64,000 nt of DNA from an uncultured Gammaproteobacteria bacterium (GTDB lineage: Bacteria > Patescibacteriota > Patescibacteriia > Magasanikbacterales > JBBTQS01), in contig CAZVGV010000002.1 in the NCBI GenBank assembly GCA_964627055.1, positions 19,802-83,801 on the forward strand, read 5' to 3'. Position 1 is the first letter of the stretch, and the number at the start of each line of letters is the position of its first letter. Of the stretch, positions 19,794 through 29,312 are shown piece after piece. Below the pieces are notes generated by a model. The model worked only from the letters and a program-made list of their open reading frames with translations, did no database searches and was not told where the DNA came from. A program made the translations under genes and the position numbers.

Positions 19794-22652
19794 ATGCTGA
19801 TCCAACCGTACCGAGTACTTCTTATAGACTACAAAGCGACCGATGTAGCAGGAGAAATCCCATCACTATTTCACCGCGCTGGTTGTACTATTGATGTATT
19901 CTGTTCCAAGGAATCGTGGCTCTCGAAAAGCCGCTACATCTCCACATGGCACCGGGCCAGTACTTCTGATCCCGAAGCTTTTGTTGCCGAACTTGGTCGT
20001 CTAGCGCAGTCCGACGTTTATTCCTGGATTGTTCTGCTCGACGATGCATCTCTATGCATCGTTCAAGATTATGCAAGCGAAGAATTTGCTCGCAAGGTAC
20101 TACCCCTTACGAACATGGCGTACCGTACCATTGTTGGCTCCAAGTCAGCACTCTCTATTCTCTGCCAACAACTCAACATTCTCACCCCACCATTTGCCGT
20201 ACACAACAAACGCACAGCAATCGCTGATACAGCGCGCGACATATCCTACCCGCTCCTGCTCAAAATTGATCGCAGTGGTGGTGGCAAAGGATTATTCCTC
20301 TGTACCAACGCCGAGGAATTACAAAAAAACTACGAAAAAATCGCTCCACATCAACAACACAATCTTCTTGTTCAGCACTATATTGTAGGTGACAACATTT
20401 CAGTCGAGGCACTGTACCGCAATGGTGAGCTCATCACCTATGCACCAGCTCGCGTTACCCAAAACGTGCGGAATGAATTTGATATTTCCTGTGTACGCGA
20501 ATACGGACCAATAGACGGACTGACCCAGGTGTTACAACGCATTGGCTCTCTCTTGTCGTTCAATGGATTTTGCAGCTTTACCTTCATGCGCGAACACACC
20601 AGTGGTGCGTTATACATTGTCGAAGCTGATCTACGCACCCATGCATGGTTTGCGCTGTCTCGACTAGGCGGTATTGATTTTGCTCCTGCAATCCGCCAAT
20701 ACCTCGAAGGGAATATCCGATTCCTCCCACCGCCAAAAACCGTTACCGAGGTGCGTCACTTCGCACGCGACATCGTGCGTGCCTTTCGCACTGGCGACAA
20801 ACACACGATCTGGCACTGGGTATGGAACAAGAACGGTTGTTGGCGATCCATCCCAACGCACGACTTCCACCTCCTATTCGCCACACTGCGACAGATTGGA
20901 CGGACCATGTTCTATGACCACGCACCACGTATCCCCTATGCACGCAGCGCAGCGCGCATCTTCAAACATATCTTTGGTAAGGCAGCCCACGAATCTCCAG
21001 CAGTTTCCCAAGACCGAAGTATCATTCGAACCTATCTTCGCTATTTCTCACACGAGAAAAAACTCATCATCGCCAGTGCGCTTCTCTCGGTGGTACAAAT
21101 CGGTGTGCTCGTACCATTGCCCATTATTACAAAAAATGTCCTAGACACTGCACTCCCCCAAAAAGATGCTCCTGCATTGTTCTGGTCGCTTGCATTGGGT
21201 GTACTCCTTCTCGCATGCAGCACTGTCTTCATGCTCATCCATCGATATGCAACACTTGCCGCAAGCAAATCGATCATTGCTACAATACGTCGCCGCCTTA
21301 TTGAACGCGCCCTTTCCTTCCACTTTTCCTTCTACGCCACGGAAGACCTTGAACAAGTACATTCGCGTATCGTAGAAGACACCGAACGTCTCGACCGCGT
21401 AACCAATGCCTTTCTTGCACAGACTCTCCCCGCACTGTTGATCGCTACGAGTATTGCTGCGGTGCTGCTCTATCTCGATACCCTACTCTTTAGTATCATC
21501 ATGCTCTGCCTTCCCTTGGTGTACCTGGTTGGAAGAATGATGGGCAAACGTGTACGCAAAAATGTCCGACAATTCCATACCGACTTTACCTCGTTCAGCG
21601 CCGGTACATCATTTGTTTTAAAATTTAATGAGCTCATCACGCTTTCAGCAGCTACCACACAAGAGCAACAGCGACAAGAAGCACACATTACCGCACTCGA
21701 ACATTCTGGAAAGCACATGGCATGGACTGCAGCAGTGTACAGTGCCGTACAGAATAACGTAGTAGTATTCTGTGGATCCATCGTCTTTCTTGTTGGAGGA
21801 ATACAGTTACTCCAAGGCACAACAACTCTTGGTTCTGTGCTGTCGTTTTTCGCTGCGCTCAATATCATGATCACCCAAGTACGCACCGTGATCTCAAGCA
21901 TACCTATGCTCATAGAAGGCGCAGAGTCATGCCGGTTGCTCCTGCCACTTTTAGAACCCGAAACACCTTCAAAACCAACACCCACGCTCCATCAACATTT
22001 TGGTTTCCCTATTATCTTCGACAGGGTTTCGTTCTCCTACGGTACATCCTTTGCATTACACGATATTTCATTCTCGATTACCGAAAGATCCGTCACGGGT
22101 ATTTTCGGCGCCTCAGGCTCAGGAAAGACAACACTCATCAGACTACTCTTGGGCGTATACGCGCCCACACATGGCACCATTCTCGTGGCTGACAAACCAC
22201 TCGAGACCATTGACACAACTCACTATCGTCGGATGATCGGTACACTCCCTCAAGAACCACTTCTCTTCCCAGGTACGATCCGCGAAAATCTAGTGTACGG
22301 TCTCGAAGATATCACCGAAGACGTTCTTATTGCCACCTGTAACCTCTGCCACATCCACGAAACCATCATGCAACTTCCCCATGGGTACGACACGGTCATC
22401 GGTCATCGAGGTGCCACATTGTCAGGAGGGCAAAAGCAACGTATTGCCATCGCGCGTGCGCTGTTGCGACGTCCCAAGCTCCTTATCTTTGATGAGCCCG
22501 ATAACCACCTGGATGATCACCTCATCACAAAAATCATGAGCGCAACAAAACAACTGGGTTGCACTGCTATCCTCATTAGTCACAATCCGGCACTTCGCCG
22601 TTTGGCAGATACAACACTCACTGTTGCCGATGGTCACGTAACGAGCGACTGA
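19794..22652 (+). CDS. ATP-grasp domain fused to ABC exporter (TMD+NBD)
   Basis: N-terminus YPLLLKIDRSGGGKG, LVQHYIVG, FNGFCSF, YIVEADLR; central TM helices; C-terminus GASGSGKTT, LSGGQKQR, LIFDE, ISH. Confidence 0.85.
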   Translation: MLIQPYRVLLIDYKATDVAGEIPSLFHRAGCTIDVFCSKESWLSKSRYISTWHRASTSDPEAFVAELGRLAQSDVYSWIVLLDDASLCIVQDYASEEFARKVLPLTNMAYRTIVGSKSALSILCQQLNILTPPFAVHNKRTAIADTARDISYPLLLKIDRSGGGKGLFLCTNAEELQKNYEKIAPHQQHNLLVQHYIVGDNISVEALYRNGELITYAPARVTQNVRNEFDISCVREYGPIDGLTQVLQRIGSLLSFNGFCSFTFMREHTSGALYIVEADLRTHAWFALSRLGGIDFAPAIRQYLEGNIRFLPPPKTVTEVRHFARDIVRAFRTGDKHTIWHWVWNKNGCWRSIPTHDFHLLFATLRQIGRTMFYDHAPRIPYARSAARIFKHIFGKAAHESPAVSQDRSIIRTYLRYFSHEKKLIIASALLSVVQIGVLVPLPIITKNVLDTALPQKDAPALFWSLALGVLLLACSTVFMLIHRYATLAASKSIIATIRRRLIERALSFHFSFYATEDLEQVHSRIVEDTERLDRVTNAFLAQTLPALLIATSIAAVLLYLDTLLFSIIMLCLPLVYLVGRMMGKRVRKNVRQFHTDFTSFSAGTSFVLKFNELITLSAATTQEQQRQEAHITALEHSGKHMAWTAAVYSAVQNNVVVFCGSIVFLVGGIQLLQGTTTLGSVLSFFAALNIMITQVRTVISSIPMLIEGAESCRLLLPLLEPETPSKPTPTLHQHFGFPIIFDRVSFSYGTSFALHDISFSITERSVTGIFGASGSGKTTLIRLLLGVYAPTHGTILVADKPLETIDTTHYRRMIGTLPQEPLLFPGTIRENLVYGLEDITEDVLIATCNLCHIHETIMQLPHGYDTVIGHRGATLSGGQKQRIAIARALLRRPKLLIFDEPDNHLDDHLITKIMSATKQLGCTAILISHNPALRRLADTTLTVADGHVTSD

Positions 22653-22717
22653 TCCTCGTTAGTCTAGGACAAGAAAAGAAGAGTATACTCTATTCAACTC
22701 TCTATCACTTACACCCT

Positions 22718-23215
22718 ATGCGTACACCTATGGCTATTCTGTGCGGACTCACCGTACTTCTCGGATTCGGCTGTGTCCCGATGGCAGAGCCAACTTCGCT
22801 TCCCCAAGCACCCAATCCCACATACACACCGGAGAACGGCAAAAAAATTGCATGGTGCGATCAAACCCGAGAAGGTGCTCCGAGTTCCGAAAGCTTCCAA
22901 AACCGCGGGCTCTGGATTTACAAAGAAATGTTCAGTGGCATGACGCACGAACCTACGATCCATCATATCTGCTGGACAAATGTTGAGCGCTTCGCAGTAC
23001 ACATGGGTGACAAAAATGCCGATGGTACGCGCACCGGGTATTTCGTACTCCCAGGCGAACCGCAGGCCTTTGTTTTCGGCAATACCACATCTGGCCCTAC
23101 GGTTACACTACCCAATACCGGACGCCACGAAGAAAGTGATCCCATCGACGTCATTGTTGACGGACAACAGTTCACCTACGACCCAACCACACAGCAATTT
23201 TTCAAGACAAAATAA
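22718..23215 (+). CDS. Hypothetical lipoprotein
   Basis: Signal peptide with lipobox LLGFGC. Confidence 0.7.
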   Translation: MRTPMAILCGLTVLLGFGCVPMAEPTSLPQAPNPTYTPENGKKIAWCDQTREGAPSSESFQNRGLWIYKEMFSGMTHEPTIHHICWTNVERFAVHMGDKNADGTRTGYFVLPGEPQAFVFGNTTSGPTVTLPNTGRHEESDPIDVIVDGQQFTYDPTTQQFFKTK

Positions 23216-23287
23216 TCCTATAAAAATCATCACAGGGAAGGCATGTAAATTTCGTACACTACATACGCGAAGAGTACCGAATGCCTG

Positions 23288-23335
23288 AAAAAAGAAGACC
23301 TACACAGAACGCCTCGCGCATTCGGTACAGGTCTC
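23288..23335 (-). terminator. Terminator of the deaminase gene
   Basis: Minus strand AGACCTGTAC...TGTAGGTCT followed by TCTTTTTT. Confidence 0.65.
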
Positions 23336-23361
23336 CTTAGATGTTGATTGGCCTCCTTAGC

Positions 23362-24093
23362 TCACGCGAATCGATCATGCAACACAGCGAACAACCGAGT
23401 GCTGATGGTTCGCAATGCCGTGCGCATATCTTGAGTGTCGACACGGTACCGGTCAGCGATCCAGACGGCATCCTGATCGAAGTCGACCGAAACACCATCA
23501 GTTCGCGTCTCCACACCGATCTGTGAGAGACCTGTGGTGAAGAGATCGCGAACGGGGGTCTTCTCGCCGTTCACGCACACGGCAGCCCTATCGAACCATG
23601 GCTGCCGCGTAGACGGCTGCGCTTCGAAGAGCTCAGTTGCACGCTCGACCAGGCACATCCGCGACACACCGGCCTGCACAAGCTCATCCCAGCAGGATTT
23701 GCAGCCCCACCAGTGTCCGTACAGGTACACCGTGGCACCGCTGACGTCGATGTGGTTCTCGCGCGCCTTCTTCAATGCAGATTGTTCTGCATGAGAACCA
23801 CTGCACAGATCACACAGATGGTAATCCACGCCACTGGGGCACCCGAGCACACGTCGAACACAGAAGAGTGGCTGTTCTGTCACCTCCTCGTTGTTCCCAC
23901 CGACTGAGAGTTCTTCGTCATCTCGAACGAGTACCGCACCCACACTCCAGTTACACCCTCGACCGAGCCCACTTCGAACCTCCCGAGCTCGCTGCATCCA
24001 TGGATCGTCCAGGTTGACGTACTCGTACACACCCCTTGCTGCGTCCGGTGTGAACGGAAGCGGCTTGGGCGACTGATACTCATTGTTCGTCAT
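23362..24093 (-). CDS. Cytidine/dCMP deaminase-like zinc protein (SD-led class)
   Basis: VGAVLV, HAEQ, LYGHWWGCKSC (HxE...CxxC); AAGGAGG upstream of ATG. Confidence 0.85.
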   Translation of the reverse strand: MTNNEYQSPKPLPFTPDAARGVYEYVNLDDPWMQRAREVRSGLGRGCNWSVGAVLVRDDEELSVGGNNEEVTEQPLFCVRRVLGCPSGVDYHLCDLCSGSHAEQSALKKARENHIDVSGATVYLYGHWWGCKSCWDELVQAGVSRMCLVERATELFEAQPSTRQPWFDRAAVCVNGEKTPVRDLFTTGLSQIGVETRTDGVSVDFDQDAVWIADRYRVDTQDMRTALRTISTRLFAVLHDRFA

Positions 24094-24158
24094 TCAGCGC
24101 TCCTCCTTGAAGCTGATAGAGCAACGCCATTCTGTCATGCGATGGGCAGAGAAGTCAA

Positions 24159-24701
24159 TCAACTACTCGAGAGATGCGTATCGTGTGATTTCTTGCAAAA
24201 ATGCTCAATGGCTACCGGCAAAATCCGCGTCGTATGCTCCGGAATTGTATGCTCCGGCAGCGCATCCACCGGGAACCACTTGCCTCGGTATTTCGATGTC
24301 TGTAGCGTCGTCGGATCTTCTGCAAGTTCTACTACATACACACGTGAATCAATCCACCCACGCGGTTCAGCCCAATATACATCTGCGACAAATGTCTTCG
24401 ACGCAATCAACACTTGAAATTCGCGTTCTTCAAGTCTCGCAAACACATCATCCGATGTCTCACCATTACGCAAAAGACTGCCCGGAGTGTGCCACAAACC
24501 CGCATATGATTCATCAGCTGCACGCTGTGTAAGGAATATCTCCGCCTCGCCCTGCGCATTCCATCGCAACGCAACTGCCTCCACCGCGATACTTGGCACA
24601 ATGCGCATCATGCGATCGAAAAAAGTCCGCTGATAGTAGCGTGTGGTATCTACACACAACAACAACCGCGCAATAACCCACTGAGAAATGTGATTCACCA
24701 T
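24159..24701 (-). CDS. Nudix hydrolase (degenerate Nudix box)
   Basis: IFLTQR...YAGLWHTPGSLLRNGE...RLEERE; TACAAT 9 nt before the ATG. Confidence 0.75.
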   Translation of the reverse strand: MVNHISQWVIARLLLCVDTTRYYQRTFFDRMMRIVPSIAVEAVALRWNAQGEAEIFLTQRAADESYAGLWHTPGSLLRNGETSDDVFARLEEREFQVLIASKTFVADVYWAEPRGWIDSRVYVVELAEDPTTLQTSKYRGKWFPVDALPEHTIPEHTTRILPVAIEHFCKKSHDTHLSSS

Positions 24702-24736
24702 AGTGTTCCTATTGTACTGGCATGCTCCAAAAAGAT

Positions 24737-24773
24737 GAAGACCTCGAACTGCGTGATGCAATTCGAGGTCTTC
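24737..24773 (-). terminator. Terminator of the second Nudix gene
   Basis: GAAGACCTCGAA/TTCGAGGTCTTC 12-bp stem; ATCTTTTT follows on the minus strand. Confidence 0.7.
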
Positions 24774-24804
24774 GAGTTGGTTCCGGCATGCTCCCGGACG
24801 AGGA

Positions 24805-25467
24805 TCAGGGTGTCAGCTGAGAGTAGTCACCCACACAGCCACTGCGCCAGAGTCCCTCAGCCTTGTCCACGACCCCCTGCTTCATGCCGTGATGAATGCA
24901 GAGCTTCGATCGGTCCAGATCCCGCACGCGGTGCCAGTTGGTCCGATCCACAGGGAGCACACCGACATCACCCAGGTAGATGAGCCCCAGGCACGAGCCG
25001 CGTGTATCGTGGTTCATGTGGAGATCCACGAACACCAGACGCCCCGGCAGACGGAAGCCGAGCTCCTTCTCCCGCAGTCTGCGCGCGACGTCGATGATGT
25101 CCTCATTGGGACGAAGGATCGAACCCGGCACGTGGAGCAGGCCAGCGTAGTGCGGGTCGTTGTCCGGACGGCGCGTCATGTAGACCCACGCGTCGCCGCC
25201 TTCCGGGTCACGAGCGATGAGTACCATCTCCAACGCGACCGCCACCCGCGCCTTCAGGAGCGCTTCGAACAGCTCGTGCGGGATGACAGACCAGTTGTTG
25301 ACCCGAGCGAGCATCGCCGGAAGTACGGCGAACACATCCTCCTGCGACAGGTCCTCAGTGATCGCTCGAAGCAGCTTAGCTTTCCAGATCGTGGGCAGCC
25401 GCTTCAATGCAGATACCTGAAAAGTGATATACTCCTTCATCATCCCGGTGAGATCGGTCTCACTCAT
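24805..25467 (-). CDS. Nudix hydrolase paralog (SD-led, GC-richer class)
   Basis: VYMTRR...YAGLLHVPGSILRPNE...RLREKELG; GGAG upstream. Confidence 0.75.
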   Translation of the reverse strand: MSETDLTGMMKEYITFQVSALKRLPTIWKAKLLRAITEDLSQEDVFAVLPAMLARVNNWSVIPHELFEALLKARVAVALEMVLIARDPEGGDAWVYMTRRPDNDPHYAGLLHVPGSILRPNEDIIDVARRLREKELGFRLPGRLVFVDLHMNHDTRGSCLGLIYLGDVGVLPVDRTNWHRVRDLDRSKLCIHHGMKQGVVDKAEGLWRSGCVGDYSQLTP

Positions 25468-25524
25468 CACTTTCTCCAATCGCTCGTACGAGCTCCGTCA
25501 GCACTACGAATTTGTGGTGCGACA

Positions 25525-25557
25525 ACAAAACCTACCAAAGCAGGTAGGTTTTGTCAA
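25525..25557 (-). promoter_or_regulatory. Promoter TTGACA-N17-TAGGTT embedded in a 12-bp palindrome
   Basis: -35 at 25557-25552, -10 at 25534-25529; ACAAAACCTACC-N6-GGTAGGTTTTGT. Confidence 0.6.
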
Positions 25558-25567
25558 CACTCGGATG

Positions 25568-26500
25568 TTATTTCTTGCGCTTTGCTTGATCCTCCTGTCC
25601 ACCCGGCACTTCACCGCGCACGTGCTTGCCTTCGCAGATCTCACTACAGAATCCTCCTTTGCTTTCGAGACACGCATCACAACAGAGGAACCGGCGCTTC
25701 TCTCGACAATGGAGATACGCGCAATCAATGTACCGCTCAGTTGCGCTACCGCAACGTCCGCATATTCCAACCACAACATGCGCTGGATCCTGTACATTGA
25801 ATCCCATGACCATCCGGCTGTCAAAGACATACAACTGCCCGAGGAAATCTTCGTTTGGATATTTCTCCATGTACGTCACGATGCCGTTGTGTAGTTGGTA
25901 CACATCTGCAAAACCCTGCGTCACGAGGAATCCACTTGCCTTCTCACAGCGCACTCCTCCTGTACACACAGTCACAATGGTTTTGCCACGCAACGGTTCG
26001 AGATTGGGCATCAACTTCACGAGATCTCGCGATGTATTCATCGGAACCAAAAAGCTATTTCTGAAATGCCCAACGACCTGTTCGTAATCATTGCGCATGT
26101 CGACAATATAGAATTCCTTGTCTGAATGGATCCATGCGTGCAGTTCTTCTGCTGTTATATATTTGCCAGTGACTTCACGCGGATTCACATCGAGCTCACC
26201 TAGCCCCCAATGCACAATTTCATTACGGACCTTCACTGCTAATCGCGGAAATGCTGAACCTGTACCAACGCTCCGCTTGATATCCACATCCGCAAAATCT
26301 GGTTGTGCATGTAACCACGCAACGAATTCCTCGTTTGCTTCCGGAACACCTTCAAAGGTTCCATTGATCCCTTCATGTGCCACAAGCAACCGCCCTGTGA
26401 GTTGCAGGCGCTGAGCCACGTTTCGAGCCTCCGCCGCCCACGCATCCGGGTTCTCGATGGAGGTATATTTATAAAAAAGTGTAATCGTAGTTGCGCTCAT
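25568..26500 (-). CDS. trhO: Rhodanese-domain tRNA U34 hydroxylase (UPF0176/YceA family)
   Basis: LFYKY, GRLLVAHEGINGT, VDMRNDYE..GHF, CTGGVRCEKAS, VFDSR. Confidence 0.9.
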   Translation of the reverse strand: MSATTITLFYKYTSIENPDAWAAEARNVAQRLQLTGRLLVAHEGINGTFEGVPEANEEFVAWLHAQPDFADVDIKRSVGTGSAFPRLAVKVRNEIVHWGLGELDVNPREVTGKYITAEELHAWIHSDKEFYIVDMRNDYEQVVGHFRNSFLVPMNTSRDLVKLMPNLEPLRGKTIVTVCTGGVRCEKASGFLVTQGFADVYQLHNGIVTYMEKYPNEDFLGQLYVFDSRMVMGFNVQDPAHVVVGICGRCGSATERYIDCAYLHCREKRRFLCCDACLESKGGFCSEICEGKHVRGEVPGGQEDQAKRKK

Positions 26501-26560
26501 AGATGGCGCCATTCTAGGTTTTTTGTCCAGATTTGGCAAGGCCAACGAGGTAGCCACTCA

Positions 26561-27061
26561 TTACGCGATCGATCGTATCGTATACACAACATCACGATCT
26601 GCGAGCTTCACCGTCACGCTCTCACCCACACGATGTCCAATCAATGCCGAGCCGATCGGTGAAATGTGCGAGATCACGCCTGCTGATGGATCGCTCTCAG
26701 TGGAACCTAGAATATGAAAAGTCCGCTCACGACCTTGCGCTTCCACAGTCACCGCACATCCGACGGCAACCACATCGCTTTTGCCGCGTGGCGCAATAAT
26801 GACCGCGTGGCGCAACTGATTCTCAATCGTAAGAATGCGATTGTTGATCCCACGCAGTCGCCCCTTTGCCGCTTGATACTCTGCGTTTTCGGAAAAGTCT
26901 CCAAGCTCTGCGTATCGCGCAACATCAGCCGCTGCCTGACGACGCGTCACATTCTTCAGTCGATCGAGCGTCCGCTCCAATTCCTGATACTTCTCACGCG
27001 TCACAAACGCATCACCTTGGTGATGCGTCCACTTTCCTGGCTTTCTGTGCGGAATTTGCAT
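26561..27061 (-). CDS. greA: Transcription elongation factor GreA/GreB family
   Basis: GDFSENAEYQAAK, ISHISPIGSALIG. Confidence 0.9.
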   Translation of the reverse strand: MQIPHRKPGKWTHHQGDAFVTREKYQELERTLDRLKNVTRRQAAADVARYAELGDFSENAEYQAAKGRLRGINNRILTIENQLRHAVIIAPRGKSDVVAVGCAVTVEAQGRERTFHILGSTESDPSAGVISHISPIGSALIGHRVGESVTVKLADRDVVYTIRSIA

Positions 27062-27070
27062 GACACCGTA

Positions 27071-27457
27071 TTAGCGAACCACTACGTACGCAATCACCGC
27101 CACTACACCCGTGAGTAATGCACCCCACATCATATCTACAACGGTAAGTGCAAGCGGCCAGTTGCGTAGCGTTGCTTGGTTTGTCAGGTCATACGTCGCA
27201 TACGCAATCAAACCAAGAAATGCACCGCGCAAAAATACTGTGCTCACTGCTGACGATGCGGCAAGTGCAGGTTGTACAACAAAATAACTTAATCCAACGA
27301 CGTACAATACGTAAAAGACAGCAGCAGGTGCGAGCGAGAACTTGGCCGCCATGTGTTCGCCAAGCCATGTCGCATACCAGTTCTTGGCCAGCACACCAAT
27401 CCAAAAAAGATCAATAACGAGCATTGCGACGAGTGCGACAAGACTTGAATACAACAT
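27071..27457 (-). CDS. DUF2177-family membrane protein
   Basis: IDLFWI...YATYDLTNQATLRNWP...DMMWG. Confidence 0.85.
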   Translation of the reverse strand: MLYSSLVALVAMLVIDLFWIGVLAKNWYATWLGEHMAAKFSLAPAAVFYVLYVVGLSYFVVQPALAASSAVSTVFLRGAFLGLIAYATYDLTNQATLRNWPLALTVVDMMWGALLTGVVAVIAYVVVR

Positions 27458-27544
27458 AGAAGTGAGTATAACGCTAGTATAGAACGAATAGGACCAAAAA
27501 GCCATGGCCCGAACACGGTCCCCCATGGTACGATATAAGGAACT

Positions 27545-28399
27545 ATGTCATACCCAAAAACATTACACATACTCCTTCTCGGTATGGCAGCACTCTTTGC
27601 GCCAACCGACACAACCCGTGCAGCAACCGAAATCACACCTTCATCCACCGTCCGACTCGCCGTACCGCATATTTGGGAGATACCTGATGGAAAATGGGTA
27701 CCTCCTTGGAGCGGTGCTTGCGAGGAAGTGAGTGCTGTCATGGTTGAACGGTTTTATCTCCACGACAAGACACTCCAACTCACCCCAACACAAACCAAAA
27801 AAATTGTCGGTCCTCTGTTCCCCTGGGAGAACAAGACGTTTGGCAGCAACATTGATACAGATGCAACCCGCACAGCACGACTTATCAATGATTTTAGTTC
27901 TGCTGAAGCTACCATTGTCTGGGAACCAACGCTCGACGCGATCAAAGCTGAACTACGCGCTGGCCGACCAGTTATTTCCATGCACTATGGCTACGGAATG
28001 CAAAATCCTCGCCATAGATTCCGCCAAGGAAGCTCGTCCTATCATGTGGTAGTTCTCGCTGGATATGACGATACCAAAAAAGAATTCCTTGTTAATGACT
28101 CAGAGTTCAAAGATGGTAGGCATAATCGATACTCATACGATATCATTATGAACTCGCTTCATGATTTCGACCACAAAACAAAGAAAGCAAATGGGAAACC
28201 CGTGGCGCTCTTCACCTCACCCAAGCGTCTCATCAAGACGGCGGATGACCCAAAGGTCTACCTCGTACGCGGAAGCAAACGATATCACATTTCATCAATG
28301 GACGTGCTCAATGCACGCCGCATAGCGCTCACTAATCTCGAGATAGTCACCGCAACAGATCTCGCCACCTATACCGAAGGTGCGCCCATCAGCCAATAA
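27545..28399 (+). CDS. Secreted C39-like cysteine peptidase with C-terminal surface-domain repeat
   Basis: Signal peptide; ACEEVS catalytic Cys, YHVVVLAGYD, VND; C-terminus LIKTADDPKVYLV. Confidence 0.75.
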   Translation: MSYPKTLHILLLGMAALFAPTDTTRAATEITPSSTVRLAVPHIWEIPDGKWVPPWSGACEEVSAVMVERFYLHDKTLQLTPTQTKKIVGPLFPWENKTFGSNIDTDATRTARLINDFSSAEATIVWEPTLDAIKAELRAGRPVISMHYGYGMQNPRHRFRQGSSSYHVVVLAGYDDTKKEFLVNDSEFKDGRHNRYSYDIIMNSLHDFDHKTKKANGKPVALFTSPKRLIKTADDPKVYLVRGSKRYHISSMDVLNARRIALTNLEIVTATDLATYTEGAPISQ

Positions 28400-28409
28400 T
28401 TACACGCAC

Positions 28410-29312
28410 ATGTCAGCACTTGCAATCTCTCACGTACACAAGACATTCACACAGGGCGCAACCACTATTACTGCTGTTGATAACGTAAGTGTAACCATCG
28501 AACCAGGTTCGATCCACGGGTTGCTTGGTCCAAATGGTGCCGGCAAATCAACACTCATTAGTATGATCAGTGGTATGGTACTTCCTGACACCGGAAGTCT
28601 TACACTCTTTGGTGAAGACGTGGTGGCACACCCTGAACGAACCAAAGGATTTCTTGGCATTGTCCCTCAAGAAATTGTAGTGGAGATGGCCTTTACCGTG
28701 AAGGAGGTGCTCTACTACTTCAGTGGCATGTACGGTGTTCCTGTGGCACAACGCGAGGCACGTATCATTGAGGTGCTTCGAGACCTCGATCTCGAAGGTA
28801 AGATGCACGAACGGGCGCGTAATCTCTCCGGCGGCATGAAACGACGCCTTATGATCGCAAAGGCAATTCTCCATCGTCCTCGTTTTCTCATTCTTGATGA
28901 GCCAACTGCAGGGGTCGACGTAACCTTACGACAAAAAATTTGGTCATTAGTTCGTCGTCTGAACAATGAAGGTACTACCATCCTCTTCACAACACATTAC
29001 CTCGAAGAGGCGGAGAACCTGTGTGAAGCAATCACACTCATCGACCACGGCCGAGTGATCAAAGATGGCAAATTAAAGGACATCCAGCAAGAGTTTTCGA
29101 AAAACGCAATTCACTTCGAGTTGTACAATACTACTGTACCCCACCTACCGGGCGTTATCCCTGTAGGAGCAGCGTTCGAATTCCCCATGAGTCACCTCGC
29201 GGCAGACACGACGCTCCTCACTTCGCACTACGGTGACAACATCAAATCATTACGATCCGAGGCGGCGTCACTCGAATCTATCTTTATTAAGCTCACGAAT
29301 ACCTCCGTATGA
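28410..29312 (+). CDS. ABC-2 transporter ATP-binding protein (YadG-like)
   Basis: GPNGAGKST, LSGGMKRR, LDEPTAGVD, TTHYLEE. Confidence 0.92.
   Translation: MSALAISHVHKTFTQGATTITAVDNVSVTIEPGSIHGLLGPNGAGKSTLISMISGMVLPDTGSLTLFGEDVVAHPERTKGFLGIVPQEIVVEMAFTVKEVLYYFSGMYGVPVAQREARIIEVLRDLDLEGKMHERARNLSGGMKRRLMIAKAILHRPRFLILDEPTAGVDVTLRQKIWSLVRRLNNEGTTILFTTHYLEEAENLCEAITLIDHGRVIKDGKLKDIQQEFSKNAIHFELYNTTVPHLPGVIPVGAAFEFPMSHLAADTTLLTSHYGDNIKSLRSEAASLESIFIKLTNTSV

Noticed and set aside
17643-23215. Integrative element at tRNA-Gln
   Set aside because: No integrase and no duplicated tRNA 3' end found by eye; adjacency alone is not enough.
24889-25800. 303-aa plus-strand ORF
   Set aside because: Antisense to the Nudix gene and trhO, which carry recognisable motifs.
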